This document shows, piece by piece, positions 12,126 through 25,056 of a DNA stretch of 64,000 nt (the first letter of the stretch is position 1; each line of letters begins with the position of its first letter). The position numbers and the translations under genes were made by a program. The stretch is from Cycas panzhihuaensis. Taxonomy: Eukaryota; Plantae; Cycadophyta. Under the pieces are notes generated by a model. That model did no database searches, was not told where the DNA came from, and saw nothing but the letters and a program-made list of their open reading frames with translations. The DNA lies in the NCBI GenBank assembly GCA_023213395.1, contig CM041465.1, positions 234,243,741-234,307,740 on the forward strand, written 5' to 3'.

Positions 12126-15100
12126 AAATAATCATTTGGTTTAAAAAGGAGTTATTGAAGTCATTAAAGGGAGAATTAAGGAGAAAATAACATTATAAAG
12201 TTAGTAATTAGATTGATAAGATGAATGAATTAGGACCACTTGAAGTGGGACTTAATTCATTAGACATAATACTAATTGTTCAATCATTAGCAATATAAGT
12301 CAAGCAAAATCATAACTAGTATGATTTCAAGCAATCATAATGCCAAGAAGCCTTTATACTATTATATAATCAAGTAGCTAAATATCAACAACAAAAAAAT
12401 GGTAAAAGATCTAGCCATTATCCAAAAAAAGGCATAGTTAATTGAAATAGAATTAACACTCAATGAAGTAACATGTAACCACAAAATTAATAAATTCATT
12501 CCATCTCAAATAAAGGAAGTAATAAGAAGGATATATAAATCCTATTCTTTCTTTTATTTTCTAATTTTTATACTCTTTTGCAAGAAGAAAGAAACAAAAA
12601 AAGTGGAAGAATCAAGGAAACTATAGCAAATTATCACAAAATTTATCAATGAAAGTTATCATAAATATGCCTGAAAATACCAATCTTTCACTAACTTTCC
12701 TTTTAAAACATGCAACAAAATGAGAAATTATAAAGATATAATAAAATTAACACTAATATAAAAAAGGATGAGACAAAAATCTCTTGGAAAGCTTGATTGC
12801 TATGGAGAATAAGAGGGAAAAGTTATAAAATGATGATGAAAAGAAAGAGCCCTTTTCACTATAGTGAACCATTGAAAATCCCACAAAGGGCTAACCTTTT
12901 AACCAAGTTTTTTATAAGGAAAATAGCAACCACAATAAGAACTAGAACCACGATGGAGAAGATAGTATAAAAAGACATAAGATGACAATCAATCCTTCTA
13001 AATATGAGCAAAAGAGTGGTAGAAAAATATTACTAAACCTTTAATAAGAGAGTTAGAGCTCATGTAAAGACTTTGCAAAAGATAAACATTTTAGTAGATC
13101 TTAGAAGATAAAGTTTCAATAGTACTTTTAAAATCTCCAAGTCCTTTATCTCTTGATTCTCTTTTTTTTCACTTCTTTCTCTTGTCAAAAGATGCAACAA
13201 CATTTTATTCTATTTAGTCTAGGGATTTTAGGTAAAAGAGAAGGCAATAACACTAAATCTAGGTAGTGGTCAATAAAAATAGAAGGGAAATAGTACATCT
13301 GGCCAAAAACAATTGCATGGTTCATAGTAAAGGATGTGATTTCCTTCATAAAATGTAATTGATTATGTTTTATGAAGGACGAAAAATGTAATTTTATTTA
13401 TAAAATATAATTAATCATATTTTGTGAATAAAATTACGTTTTTAGCAATACCAAAAATGTGAGAAAATAAGAAATATAAAAAAAGAATAGAAATATTAAA
13501 TAAATATAAAACATTTCCAAGCTTATAAAATATGACTCCGTTGAAGATTAAAATATCCCAAAAGAGATGTTAAACTAATAATAAGTCCTGAACATCATAA
13601 CTTGATAATCAAATTATAAAATCAAGAGAAAACGACTAAAAAAGAGGTGAAACACAAGGAAAAATGTTTTAGAATAGAAAATAAGGAAAGATTTATTAGT
13701 ATAGTTTTTATTCATTGACACATGAAAGATATAATGATATATACACCATTATCCAATCATCAATTATCCTCAACACTAACATGCTTCAATTGGACCTAGG
13801 CTAAGTATCCCTTAATGATGTTATATTTTCTCTATTTTGAGTCTAAATTAAGAGATAAGGAAGCCTATGGGAACCTACAGACCACCTTTACTAACTCCTA
13901 AGAAGGAGTCTCTACCTATTTGTGTCATTTGATTTAGATATATGTATGATAATGAAAGGCTAGGATGTAAAGGGGTGTAATACTAGAATGTATTAGCCTT
14001 CACAACCAAGTAGAGGAGTTTTAAGTATGAAATTATACTAACAATATTTTTTATATCCTTCCTAAGGACTCTTTTCCTTTCATTATTTTGACTTCTTGGG
14101 TTTACTAAAATAAAGAAAAGGGTTAAGTAACAAAAATATTTTTTTTAGATGAAATCATAAGAAAGGACAATGAAACAATAAGATCTAACTACCTTCTTTT
14201 CAAAATTAGCTAAGAAAATAAATCACACATGCTACACTTTTTTTCTTAAAGCAAAAAACACTAAGATAAAAGAGATATTATCTCTTAGATATACAAATCA
14301 TACTTCTTTTCAAAGATAAAAACAACTAGCATTAGATGCAAATACTATGATATTTAACTTTATATGCAGTTTAATGAAAGGTAAAATAGCATTCAATGTT
14401 TATAGAAAGCTTTCATTTATTACAAATGTTATTTTGATTTTTAAGAATAATTCTAATAGAAATGAGAGATATTAGATATGATTTTTAACAACTAAGAATG
14501 ATATGTAGCCCATAAAACTCACATGTAATTAGCCATAGTTAATATTCTTACAAGCAAATAATAAATTGGAATCATAAGAAGATTCTATCCTTTATAGAGG
14601 TTTTAGACACCATGGGATCCTTAAATCTCGTGTAAACTAATTGCTACAAAAATATATCCTTCATGCATACAAGCTTTCTTTTTTGAAATGAGAGGAAATG
14701 AAGAAGATAAAGTCAATAAATACAATGCCAATAATTTTTAGATATTTTAATTTCAATGATGAATTCTTACCTCAGAATAGTTATCTCCCTTTAATATGAT
14801 TAATATTTCTCAAAAATTTCCTTAAAATAAGCATAAAAATGAAGGAAATTGAGTAGAACAAGCTTAATCAATAAATAAGGAAGAAGAACATATGAGACTA
14901 GATCTCTTGGGAAGCTTGGACAATTGAGAAGAAGGGAAAATAGTAACTATATTTTATGGTGAAGAGGTAGATCTCTCTTCACAATAGACTACTGCTTTAC
15001 TTTCCCAAAGAGATTGACCTTTCTTATAAGGTTCCCTAAGGAAAAATATAAATGAAGGAGTTTCAAAAGTCAAAATGAGGAGAAAGGCATATATGGTCAT

Positions 15101-16114
15101 AAAAAATCATCAAAAGAGTACCAAACCAAAAAGAAACCAGAGTAGAAAAGACCTTACCAAAGATATGAAGTCTGAAGTAGAAAATTACAATAAACCAAAT
15201 ACCTTAAGAAGTAGTAACAAGTCAAATTTACATAATAATTAGAGAATAAATAGATCTCCAAATCTCTTCTACTGACTTCATTTTTCTTTTCCCTAAGACA
15301 AATATCAAAATCACCAAGAGAAATCTCTTAATTTCTCCAAAATCACTCTCAAAATCCTAGCATCAAACTCAGAACACACAAATGAATCACCTCTTTAGGG
15401 TTCCTAAGGGTTTTAGATATGAATGGAGTCAGTTTCCACCAAATCTGGATAGTGGCATGCAAAACTAACATGTTAATTAAAAAAAATTACATACATGAAT
15501 GTAAAAAATATGACTTATCACATTTTATTAACAATGAAAAATGTGACTTTATTAATAAAATATGATTAATTACATTTTTAGTAGAACAAAAGATGTGATA
15601 AGTCAGGAGGCAAAAATCAAATATTAAAAAGTCAAAAATTAATTTTTTATTAAAATTTTTAAATAAAAATGACTTAATCAATGTAAAAGAGCAGCCCAAA
15701 ATGGGTGAAAACTTTAAGCACAAACCTAAAAATTATAAAAAAGAGATGATTTAAATATAAAATTAAGAGAAAAGAATGAAACAAAAAAATATTTTAAAGA
15801 AAAAATGAGTTAAAATGATCATAAATGTGAGATTTTATTACTATAGTTTTCACTCATTGACAAGTAAAAATATAATAATACAACCATCATCATTCAACAC
15901 AGATTATCCACAAAAATTAATAGTAGATTTCATCAAAATATGGTCTAATATAATATAAAACAAGTTTCAATCAATCATATCAAATGTAATTAAGTAAGAA
16001 ACTTGTTAATGAATATAAAGGTTAATTGAGAGCCAAGTTTTAGTGAAACATTTACCCCCTTAGCACATAAAGCTCCTATTTCAAAAGAAGAATAGGATGG
16101 CAAAAGGTGACAAC
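12126..16114 (-). repeat. Two diverged tandem LTR-like units, period ~2.1 kb
   Basis: ATGAGAC..ATCTCTTGGRAAGCTTG at ~12770 and ~14890; GATTTATTA.TATAGTTTT.A.TCATTGACA at ~13690 and ~15830; similar ends TAGGATG..AAAGG.GT at ~13960-13983 and ~16093-16114. Confidence 0.55.
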
Positions 16115-16414
16115 GATCATAATGAAGGTTTTTCTCAAACAAATAAAAGGTTTGGATGAGATATATGGATAATAAAAAACCTAGTCTATAAAATATACTA
16201 AAATCAACTAAATAAGCCTGAATATCACTAAATTGACAAGCTAAAGAGTACTACCAAAATGTCTACCAAATAGATAGGGCTTACACTCACTTAATTGAAG
16301 GTAACACTAAATGTCCACAAACTAGATGGGACTTAAAATCTAGATGATCACAGTTTATCTCTTGTTAACCACATTTTAGAGGAAAACATTTTTTGATCGA
16401 GCATAAGGTATAAA

Positions 16415-16605
16415 CTGTCATAGATTTTGGGCTCATTAACAGGTGACTTTTTAAAGTCTTAAACTATCATAGTTTCAGCTTATTAGTAGTTGACTTTTCA
16501 GATCCCTCCACCATAGTTTAAGTTCATTAGTAGGAAAGAGATTTCAAAGCTTTACAATATCATAATTTAGGCTCTTTAATAGGTAAAAGGATTTAAAGCT
16601 TTTTT
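16415..16605. repeat. Degenerate ~45-50 bp tandem repeat, 4 copies
   Basis: Units of the form YCATAGTTT.RGCTCATTARYAGG...TTTYAAAG. Confidence 0.65.
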
Positions 16606-17309
16606 AGGACAAAATAAGAATTAAAAATGAGTATCGAAATGAGTAAGAGATGCCATATTTAGGCCTTTAAAATACTCATTAAAAGATGAATGAATTAAGA
16701 TTAACAATAATCTTAATCAATGAAAGTTGTATCATTTTCTGATTTCAAAGGTTTTATCTAGGAATAATTATTAAGAGAGGATAATATTAACCTAGATAAA
16801 CAAAATGGATGAAAAAAAAAAAAATTGTCTAGAAAGTAAGGAAAAGGGCCCCTCTCTTTTTATAAGAAAAATCAGTATACTCTATTTTATTTTCACATAA
16901 GGGAGTTGGAAAATCAATGATTTAGAGGGTCCTTACCATTTGATTTTAGAGATGATTCATAACTATTTTGATGAGAGACTAGCTCTAAAAGGTAGAGATA
17001 TAAATGATGCAGCAAGGAGCTAAATATCTGGTAAGTCTCTCTTAATTTTTTTTTTTAACAATTAAATTTTTGGATAAAAATGTAATAATACAAAGTGAAA
17101 AATATAAGAATAGGGCTGAAAATATGATAAAATTCTTAAAAACATAATTTTAGAGTTTAATACAAAAATTACAAGATTATGTTTTTGATAAATAAATCGT
17201 GTTTTTAATTTTAAAAGAAAAAATAAAAAATAAAGGTTTTTTGAAAAGCCAAAATTAGAGTTTAACATGATTTTTTTTGGTGTGATGTAGCCTTTGGAGA
17301 GGGTAAATA

Positions 17310-19030
17310 CCAGAGAGAATGAAAAATTGGCAGTTAGGGAGCTAATCAATTAATTAATCGAGAAAGATTAGGCCTTATTGAGAGCATGTAGTCTATCACG
17401 GGTGAGTGGATTAACCTAGTTAGTGATGGAGTATAAGATCCTTTATAATTTCATTAGTTATTAGATCCTAAGGAGAAATGTATTCAGAGTATAGGCCATA
17501 GGAGACATACAAATTACTCCTAGGGATATTGGGAGGATATTATAGGTTAGTTAACATGGTGAGAGGATCAAACTGAATAGGGTAATTGATGATGATTTGC
17601 ATAAGGCTCGTAGTTAGCATTTGACTAGCTTTGCTAATCAATTTGGTCCTCATAGTATATCCATTAAGGTAATGAGGATGACAAAGGGGATTTCTATCAT
17701 ATAGAAGATTATTACCTTTATTATCATTTTCAAGATTACTAGGACTTAGAACTTCATGGGGGTTCTAATATAGTAGGTAGGAGTGATTAAGAGATGTAAG
17801 TAGGAGACAATGATGAACTAAGGGCAATATATAGCATATAACATATGCCTTCAATTATCTAGGATTAGGAGGTAAAGAAGGGGTGGTTTTTCTTATAGTT
17901 CTATTTTGATGTATTCACTATATGACCACATACCATTTATGAGGCTAGATAGAGTACCAGGAGAGTTGACCATCATGCATCTGGTAATGAACATATGGCA
18001 TATGAGGGATCAAATTTATAATAAGATAGTTATAGTGGAAAGGAGAATACATAGTCCTCTATTAAGTGATATGTCCAGAAGGTAGCTTAAAGAGGATTTA
18101 TATGAGGTGCTAACGATATGAAGTGATGATGAGGTCAACACAGTAGAGAGGGTAGTAGTAGGAGAGGCTTTTATTATAGATAGAGGGAGAGGAAGAGGGT
18201 GAGGGAGAGGAGATAAAAGAGGAGGAGGAGATGGAGGATAACGTTAGTTTAGTCAAGGTGGGAAAGGAGAGGCATTGACTAGTTGAGAAGGGAGAGGAGA
18301 TATGGATGTGCTCTAGGCAATAGGTGGAGCATAAGATAGAGATAGAGGTGGATTTATACAAAGTATGGAGCTAGGTTTAATAGATGGATAAGGGAGAGGA
18401 GGTGATAGGAATAGAGAAGAAGAGGGGGATCCTCCTCAAGAGCCTTAGGGAGAGGTAGTTACATATCCAGGAGAAGAGATGGTAATAGAGCCAACGAGAG
18501 GAGGATAGCTAGTAGGTATGCTAATTAGTATATATTTTTTAATATACTTGACTATTTATTTTAAATTATCTATCCTTCATATAGAAAACTAATCATGATT
18601 GATATGTTTTTCATGGATAGGTGAGGAGAGTCTAACTCTTTAAGAGGTCAGGAGGATGCTTGCCTTGATCTTTCCCTATGCATCCATATTAGAGGAACCT
18701 TCGACATAGAATGTTATTGATCATACATTGTTAAGGCATCAAATCAAGTATTTCAATCTTACATTATAGGCTCAAGATATGATTAAGGACATGTAGATGG
18801 AGCTAATGTTTTGATAGTTAGAGCTCAAGGTAGTGGAGGATAAGTAATTCCATCTATAGTGAATGATGATGGTACATGTTAGGGGATGAGTTATTCCATC
18901 AGATAGCACCATAGTTTAGCAGGGGAGACATCTTCCACCATGTAGAGAGTTATACATGGTTAGACTCTAGATGGAGGAGAGAGGATAGAGCTAGGAGTAC
19001 AAGGTAGGTCTTACTAGAGCTCACAAAGAT
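17310..19030 (+). pseudogene. Plant Mobile Domain (PMD, aminotransferase-like/MAIN-MAIL family) ORF remnant with acidic low-complexity C-terminal part
   Basis: ALLRACSL...SY*ILRRNVFRV*AIGDIQITPRDIGRIL*VS*HGERI matches the PMD pattern ERW...TFH...GEMTITLEDV..ILGLP..GE.V; MN*GQYIAYNICLQL and SILMYSLYDHIP match YAWG..VLA.LY..L and LLQ.W..EH.P; GA-rich tract at 18110-18500. Confidence 0.65.
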
Positions 19031-20033
19031 GAGTATATTTTTATATATAGGGAGGAGATTAGAGGGAGATGTGAGGTATTTTATGAGCCTCAAATGTTGT
19101 ATCATGAGTCACATAGTGATAAATATAGTATATATATTTTATGTTATATATGTATATTGATCATTTTCTTCATAATTTATATAACAAATATGATGGATGA
19201 TTAACTCTAAACTCTTTACCCCTTTTTATCCCTCTTTCATATACCTCTTTATGATCCCATCAACTTCTTCTATGAAGAATTTAATCGCATCCCTATGAGT
19301 GGCATCTGTACTAGGCAGAGTGCCCAAAAAGTTAGTGTACCCCCATGATCCTCCTGATATCTCTTAGTATGATAGTAACATCCACCACTTGTAGGAGATG
19401 GAATACATGCCTCCTCCTATCCCAATAGGACATGACGTCTACCAACAGTCTCTGATTGGATGCATCCTATGGCATCTTAATCACTTTTAGTAGCCTGTAA
19501 TGCTACAAGGTAATCCTCTCTTATTGTATCATCATCTTGATGAAGCTCATCATCACTATACTAATGTTCTCACAATTTTCAATTGCCAAAATAGCCTATA
19601 AACCATAAATCACTAGTCAGTGAGTCACTCATACTTCATTGCCATACATCATCCCCTCTCTGGATGGTTTAAGCCACCTCAAATAATGCAAAACCATCTA
19701 GTCTACCCATTTTTTCTTTTTTCCTTTACTTGGTCTCCACCCTACATCAATATTTATGGTACTATGGATATTGATATAGGCCCCATTGAGAGTTTCTTAA
19801 CCCTTAATGGGCCTTGCTACAAACTTTGCATCACTGCAACAAATGCCACAGGGCTGTGAATACCCCTTCTAAAAAGGGTAGGTGGCCCTAAAAATCCTAA
19901 AACATTTTCCTAGTGGACCTAGCTTAGTCCACTAGGACCAAGGTTACCTAATGCCTTGGTCCTCCCCCTCCCTAGGACTCCAATGAGCTCCAAGGGGTCC
20001 CTAATTTATAAAAAAAAGACATTAAATTAAAAT

Positions 20034-20474
20034 TGTAGAAAGATGGACATATGTACAATATCATCACAGAATCACATAATAAGCAAATACAGGTAACAAA
20101 ATGACACTGCATATATACACCAATTTGATAGGTGGAAAACCCCTTATGGGGAAGAAAAACCACCTCCTAAAGTTGTGGTTTTATTAAGAAACTTTGAGAA
20201 ATAGAAGACCAAATACATAAACCACCAAACCAGCCTTGTAAAAGGCATTTAGACAGCCCTCCTAGATTCTCAGAACCATCTCCTTGAATCTAGGAGATGA
20301 ATTTATACAAAGAAAGGTTCGTTGAAATGTGGTCCCATATTTCAACAACCTTCCACATAAGATAATTAATAAACACTAAAGTTTAAAATTATAATAACTT
20401 AAATACAAATTTAGATATGTGACTTAAATATAAACTTTAAAAAGAACATAAAGATTGCATTGATATTCCTAACA
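20034..20474 (-). repeat. 3' LTR of Copia B
   Basis: About 92-93% identical by eye to 35337-35768, differences mostly transitions; flanked by PPT. Confidence 0.95.
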
Positions 20475-20529
20475 TCTCCCTTTAATGTAAACTTTTATGC
20501 TATAGAAAAAAGAAGGTCTTCACCATGAT

Positions 20530-23500
20530 GATCCTCCTTTGATGGAGACTTCTTTTATTTGTAATAGATCTTAGAGATTTAGAAACTTTACTTCAGTTAA
20601 AGACTTCATAAGTATGTCAGCAATCTATAGATCTATTGAACAATAAGACAAGGAAACAAGATTATCAGTAACTAAATTACAAATAAAATACTGATGTAAT
20701 TCAATATGTTTAGTCCTAGAATGTTAAACTAGATTTATAGCTATAGTAATTGCACCTTGATTATCGACTTTAAGTTCAATAGAAGAGTTTAGAGATAGAC
20801 CAATTTCATTTAGTAAAGATTTAAGCCAAAGTGATTCTTTGCCAGCTTCAACAAGTATACAATATTAAGCTTTAGTTGTTAATAAAGCTAGTGCTTACAT
20901 TTTCTTACTAGGCTAAGTAATAAGTGAGGAATCTATAAAAAATACATAACTTAAAGTAGATTTTCGATCATTTATATCACTTGCCTAATCTAAATTAGTA
21001 TATCAAGTTAAAGTTAGAGGTTTATTGCAAAAATTATAAGTTAAACCATAAAAAACAGTATGCCTTATATAGCATAAAATATGTTTAGCTACTTTCCAAT
21101 GAGATTCATGTTGCTACTGCATATAATGTGAACATAAAGCGACAGCATAAGAAATATTAGGGTGGGTGTAAGTTAAATAAATAAGACTACCAATTAGTTA
21201 TATATATAATGTAGGGTCACATAAAGGTGACAAACAATCAGTATATAATTTAACTCCTAATTGTAATGGATTAGATATAGGTTTAGTATTTTCCATGTTA
21301 AACCACTAAATTAAGTCTAGAATATACTTAGGTTGAGATATTATTATGTTTAAATGATGTTGATAAATTTGTAGACTAAGAAAGTAATGTAGTAGACCTA
21401 AATTGGTCATTTCAAATTTGTTCATTAAAGTATATTTTAAATGATGAATATTATTAGTTAATGATTCAGTAATGATAATGTCATCAACATAGAGGATTAA
21501 AATAGTAAGATTTTCATTGTCATATTTAAAATAAAGATTTAGATCACTAATGCATTTAGTATATCTAATATGAATTAAATAATCATCTACTTTGGTATAC
21601 CAAGCTTGAGGAGCTTGTTTTAAACCATAAATGGATTTCTTAAGTTTACAAACTAAATTAGGATTTTTAATAAATCTAGGTGGCTAAGACATGCAGATCT
21701 CTTCTTTGAGATCACCATTCAAGAAAGCACTCTTAATATCCATTTGGTGGATTTCTCAACTAAACTTGGCTATAAGAGAAATAATTGTTTTAATTATGTT
21801 CATCTTTGCAACAGGGGTAAAGGTTTCATTATAATCTATACCATCTATTTACAAAGATCCTTTTACAACTAGGCAAGCTTTATATTTTTCAACTACACCT
21901 ATTGAGTTATATTTTATCTTGTAGACCTATTTAGAGTCGACTATATTTTTCCCAGATGGGAGTGGAACTAGATCTCAGGTTAAATTTTTAATTAAAGCAT
22001 CAAATTCAGTCTGCATAGCATCATACCATATAGGATTATTGCTAGCTTGTTTAAATGTTCTAAGATCATTATTATCTATTATTTTTGCCATTAAGGCAAA
22101 GTTAGCATATAGTTTTTAGTCACATGTATGTTTGGTATCTATAGGATTGCCTACATCAGATCTAGCATCAGCAAGCATTTTCGTTTCCCAAACAGGTTGC
22201 TTGTTAGTAACTATTTCTAAAGGTACAGGTTGATTTGATGAACTAGCCTGAAGGGGAGGATCTATTTCAATAGGTTCAGATAGAGTCCAATTTTGGACTT
22301 AAGTTGATAAGGATTCTATAACTTCTGGAGTAGCTTGTTTGTCAGAGGGGTCAACCAAATAAGTGTTAGTTAACAAATTTTTAATGGGAAGTTCTACATA
22401 AGTAGATGTTGAAGAAGATCCTTTTTCATCAAATATTACATCATGCAAAATAAAAATTTGATGTGTGACTGGATCCAAGAGTCTATAAGCTTTACTCTCT
22501 TTGTTATATCCAACGAAGATGTATTTTTGACTTTTTGGGTCTAATTTTTTACATTTTTTTTAGGGATGTATTCCCACGTAATATTGCCAAAGATTCATAA
22601 ATGATTGATAGATAGTTTTCTTCCAGATCATTTTTGTTCTGAAGTAATGTTGTGTAGACTTTTGCTAGGTAAAAAATTTAATAAGTAATTATAGCAGTTA
22701 ATTACTTCTGCCCATACTTTTAGATCTAGATTCTTTGCATGTAACATACAACGAGTCATTTCAACAAGAGTATGGTTTTTGCATTTGGCAACATTGTTTT
22801 GTTGAGGTGTGTATGCAACAGAATCCTAGAACCGAATTCCATGTGATTTATAGAAAGAAGTGAATTTTCTACTTAAATATTCCTTTGCATTATCAGATCG
22901 AAAAATTTTGATTTTTAAATTTGATTGATTTTCAACCAGCATTTTATATTTAATAAAAATGTCAAATACTTGACTACATATTTTAAGCATATAAACCCAA
23001 CATTTTCTTGAATAATCGTCTATAAATATAACAAAATAACGAGAACCTAAGTATGATGTTATATGAAAAGGTCCACATATGTTAGAGTAAATAAGTTCAA
23101 GTGGAACTGTTGCTCTGAATTGAGTTTTATGTGGAAATGGGTCCATGTGTTATTTACCTATCATACATGCTTTACAAACACCATAAACAGTATTTAAGGG
23201 TGGAAGACCATGAACCATTTCATACTTCTTTAGATATTATAGTTTGCCATAACTTGTATGGCTAAATCATGCATGCCAAAGTTTGCTGACTGAGTCAAAT
23301 TTAACAATAAAGGTACTAAAAGATTTTGTTTTGTTATTTTGTCGACTTCTTAGACTATAGAGACTTGTGTTATGATCAACAGGTCCTAAGGCAATATGTC
23401 TGAATTTGTTTAATGGTTCTTTAATGATAAATTTATTTTTCTAGAGTTCGACAACAAGGTTTTTCTGGCAGATTTGATAAACAAAGAGTAGGTTTAGTAA

Positions 23501-24707
23501 CAAACTAGGTACGTAAAATACATCCTTGATTGAACCATCTTTTAAGATAATATCACCTAATCCTTTAACTTTAAGTTGGGTTCCACTTCTGAAGGAGATC
23601 TCTTCTTCAGAGTTTAATTTTGATTGATAAGTGGATAAATTTTTCTGGTGTCTTATTATATAATGGGATGCACTAGAGTCAAAGATCCATTGTGGTGGTT
23701 GATTTGTAGGGGTAACAAATACAGAAGTTATTACTACTAAAGAACGATTATGAGTTTGTCGATTTTGAGGTCATGATTGAGAATAGGATTGAGAATGGTT
23801 TTGTAATCCCTTAGAAGCTTTCCATGCTTTCGAAGCTATTCTACTTCTGCAGACATCAATAGTGTGGCCTCTTTTATGACAATAGGCACAACTAGTGTTT
23901 TGAGAAGGAGTTACGTTGTTCCTATTATGAAAGAACTGATTAGAAATATTTTGATGTTTGGATGGACTGGAATACTTAATATTGTTTTATGAATTAGATG
24001 GTGAACCTCTATGAGGTTTTTGAAATTTTAGATTACTATGAAAATTATTCTGTTGTTTGTTTTTAAATTGTGGCTTAGTTTTGGAAAATAAATCCTGTAA
24101 AGTATCTTTTAATATGCTTGTTTAAATTAACATTATTTGATGTTCAATCAGCTGGTTTGTCAACTGATTAAATATTATAGGAGGGTTGCCAACTTGTTGT
24201 CTGGTAGTTTTATAGAGATTAAAATATTTTGGTAATTTGTTTACTATAAGATGTACGAGCGTATTGTCATCTTTAACATGCATAATTATTTTTTTAGTAT
24301 CACCTTCTTTAGTTTTAGAGTTTATGCACTTACCTAGATCTTTATTAATTAATTGAATTTTATGAAAAAAATCCTCAACATTAGAAAAATCGTCAAAAGT
24401 AAGGTCATACAATTACTATTCTAGGACATCCACTTGATGTGTGTCAACCTTATCATGTTTTTCTTATAAAGTTTTCTAGACAGTGGCCAAGTCGTCTATT
24501 TTAGAAAACTACCAACTGATATCTGGTGAAAGTGAGTTTAATATAGTGCCTAAGGATGCATCTGAGTTCATCATATATACCATATAACTCTCTATAGCAT
24601 CTTCTTTTGGTTTTTTAAATTCACCTGTCACATATTGCCATATCTTTTATTATTTGAGCTGATGGAATATGCGATTCCTCTAGTTGTCATAGTTTAAGCC
24701 AGTTAAT
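20530..24707 (-). pseudogene. Copia gag-pol pseudogene of element B (main part)
   Basis: LTGLNYDN*RNR (gag), CAYCHKRGHTIDVC zinc knuckle, WIFDSSASHY protease, PLELIYSNICGP...FIDDYSR...RSDNAKEY integrase, HQMDIKSAFLNG and LYVDDIII RT, RNase H; multiple stops. Confidence 0.95.
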
Positions 24708-25042
24708 TGTTGGGAATAATCCCAATGTTTGTGCACTAGAGCACTTAGGGCCCCTCAAAGCCACCTTTGAGGGCCCCTAGGGCACCTTGAACCGTTCCGC
24801 AGCCGCCCGGACTGACCACTCACGTGAGGTACGTATCACCGCTATTTATTTTTTATATTTTTTCAAACTAACCTTAATTGTTGTGCAGCTAGGGTGATGG
24901 CGCCCGACGCCTCCCCGAATCTCTATTTAAGGGTTGGGAATACCTCCCTGGTGTTTATTAACACCGCCACTCTTTCCGCTTACTCTGTTGTACTCAAGAT
25001 GAAAGTATCGTGATGTCCTGCTCTGCTCCTCTGGCTCCATCA
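24708..25042 (+). repeat. 5' LTR of Copia C
   Basis: Near-identical to 32664-32989 apart from two short indel clusters and a few transitions; TATA-like CTCTATTTAAG. Confidence 0.97.
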
Positions 25043-25044
25043 TT

Positions 25045-25056
25045 TGGTATCAGAGC
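25045..25056 (+). promoter_or_regulatory. Primer binding site (tRNA-iMet), element C
   Basis: TGGTATCAGAGC two bases after the LTR-terminal CA. Confidence 0.97.

Noticed and set aside
16415-16605. CRISPR-like repeat-spacer array
   Set aside because: Units are degenerate tandem copies without unique spacers; eukaryotic TE context; no cas genes.
19620-19859. ORF with FTWSPPYI...LNGPCYKL resembling a Tat integrase C-terminus
   Set aside because: Similarity too weak to call as a feature without a profile search.
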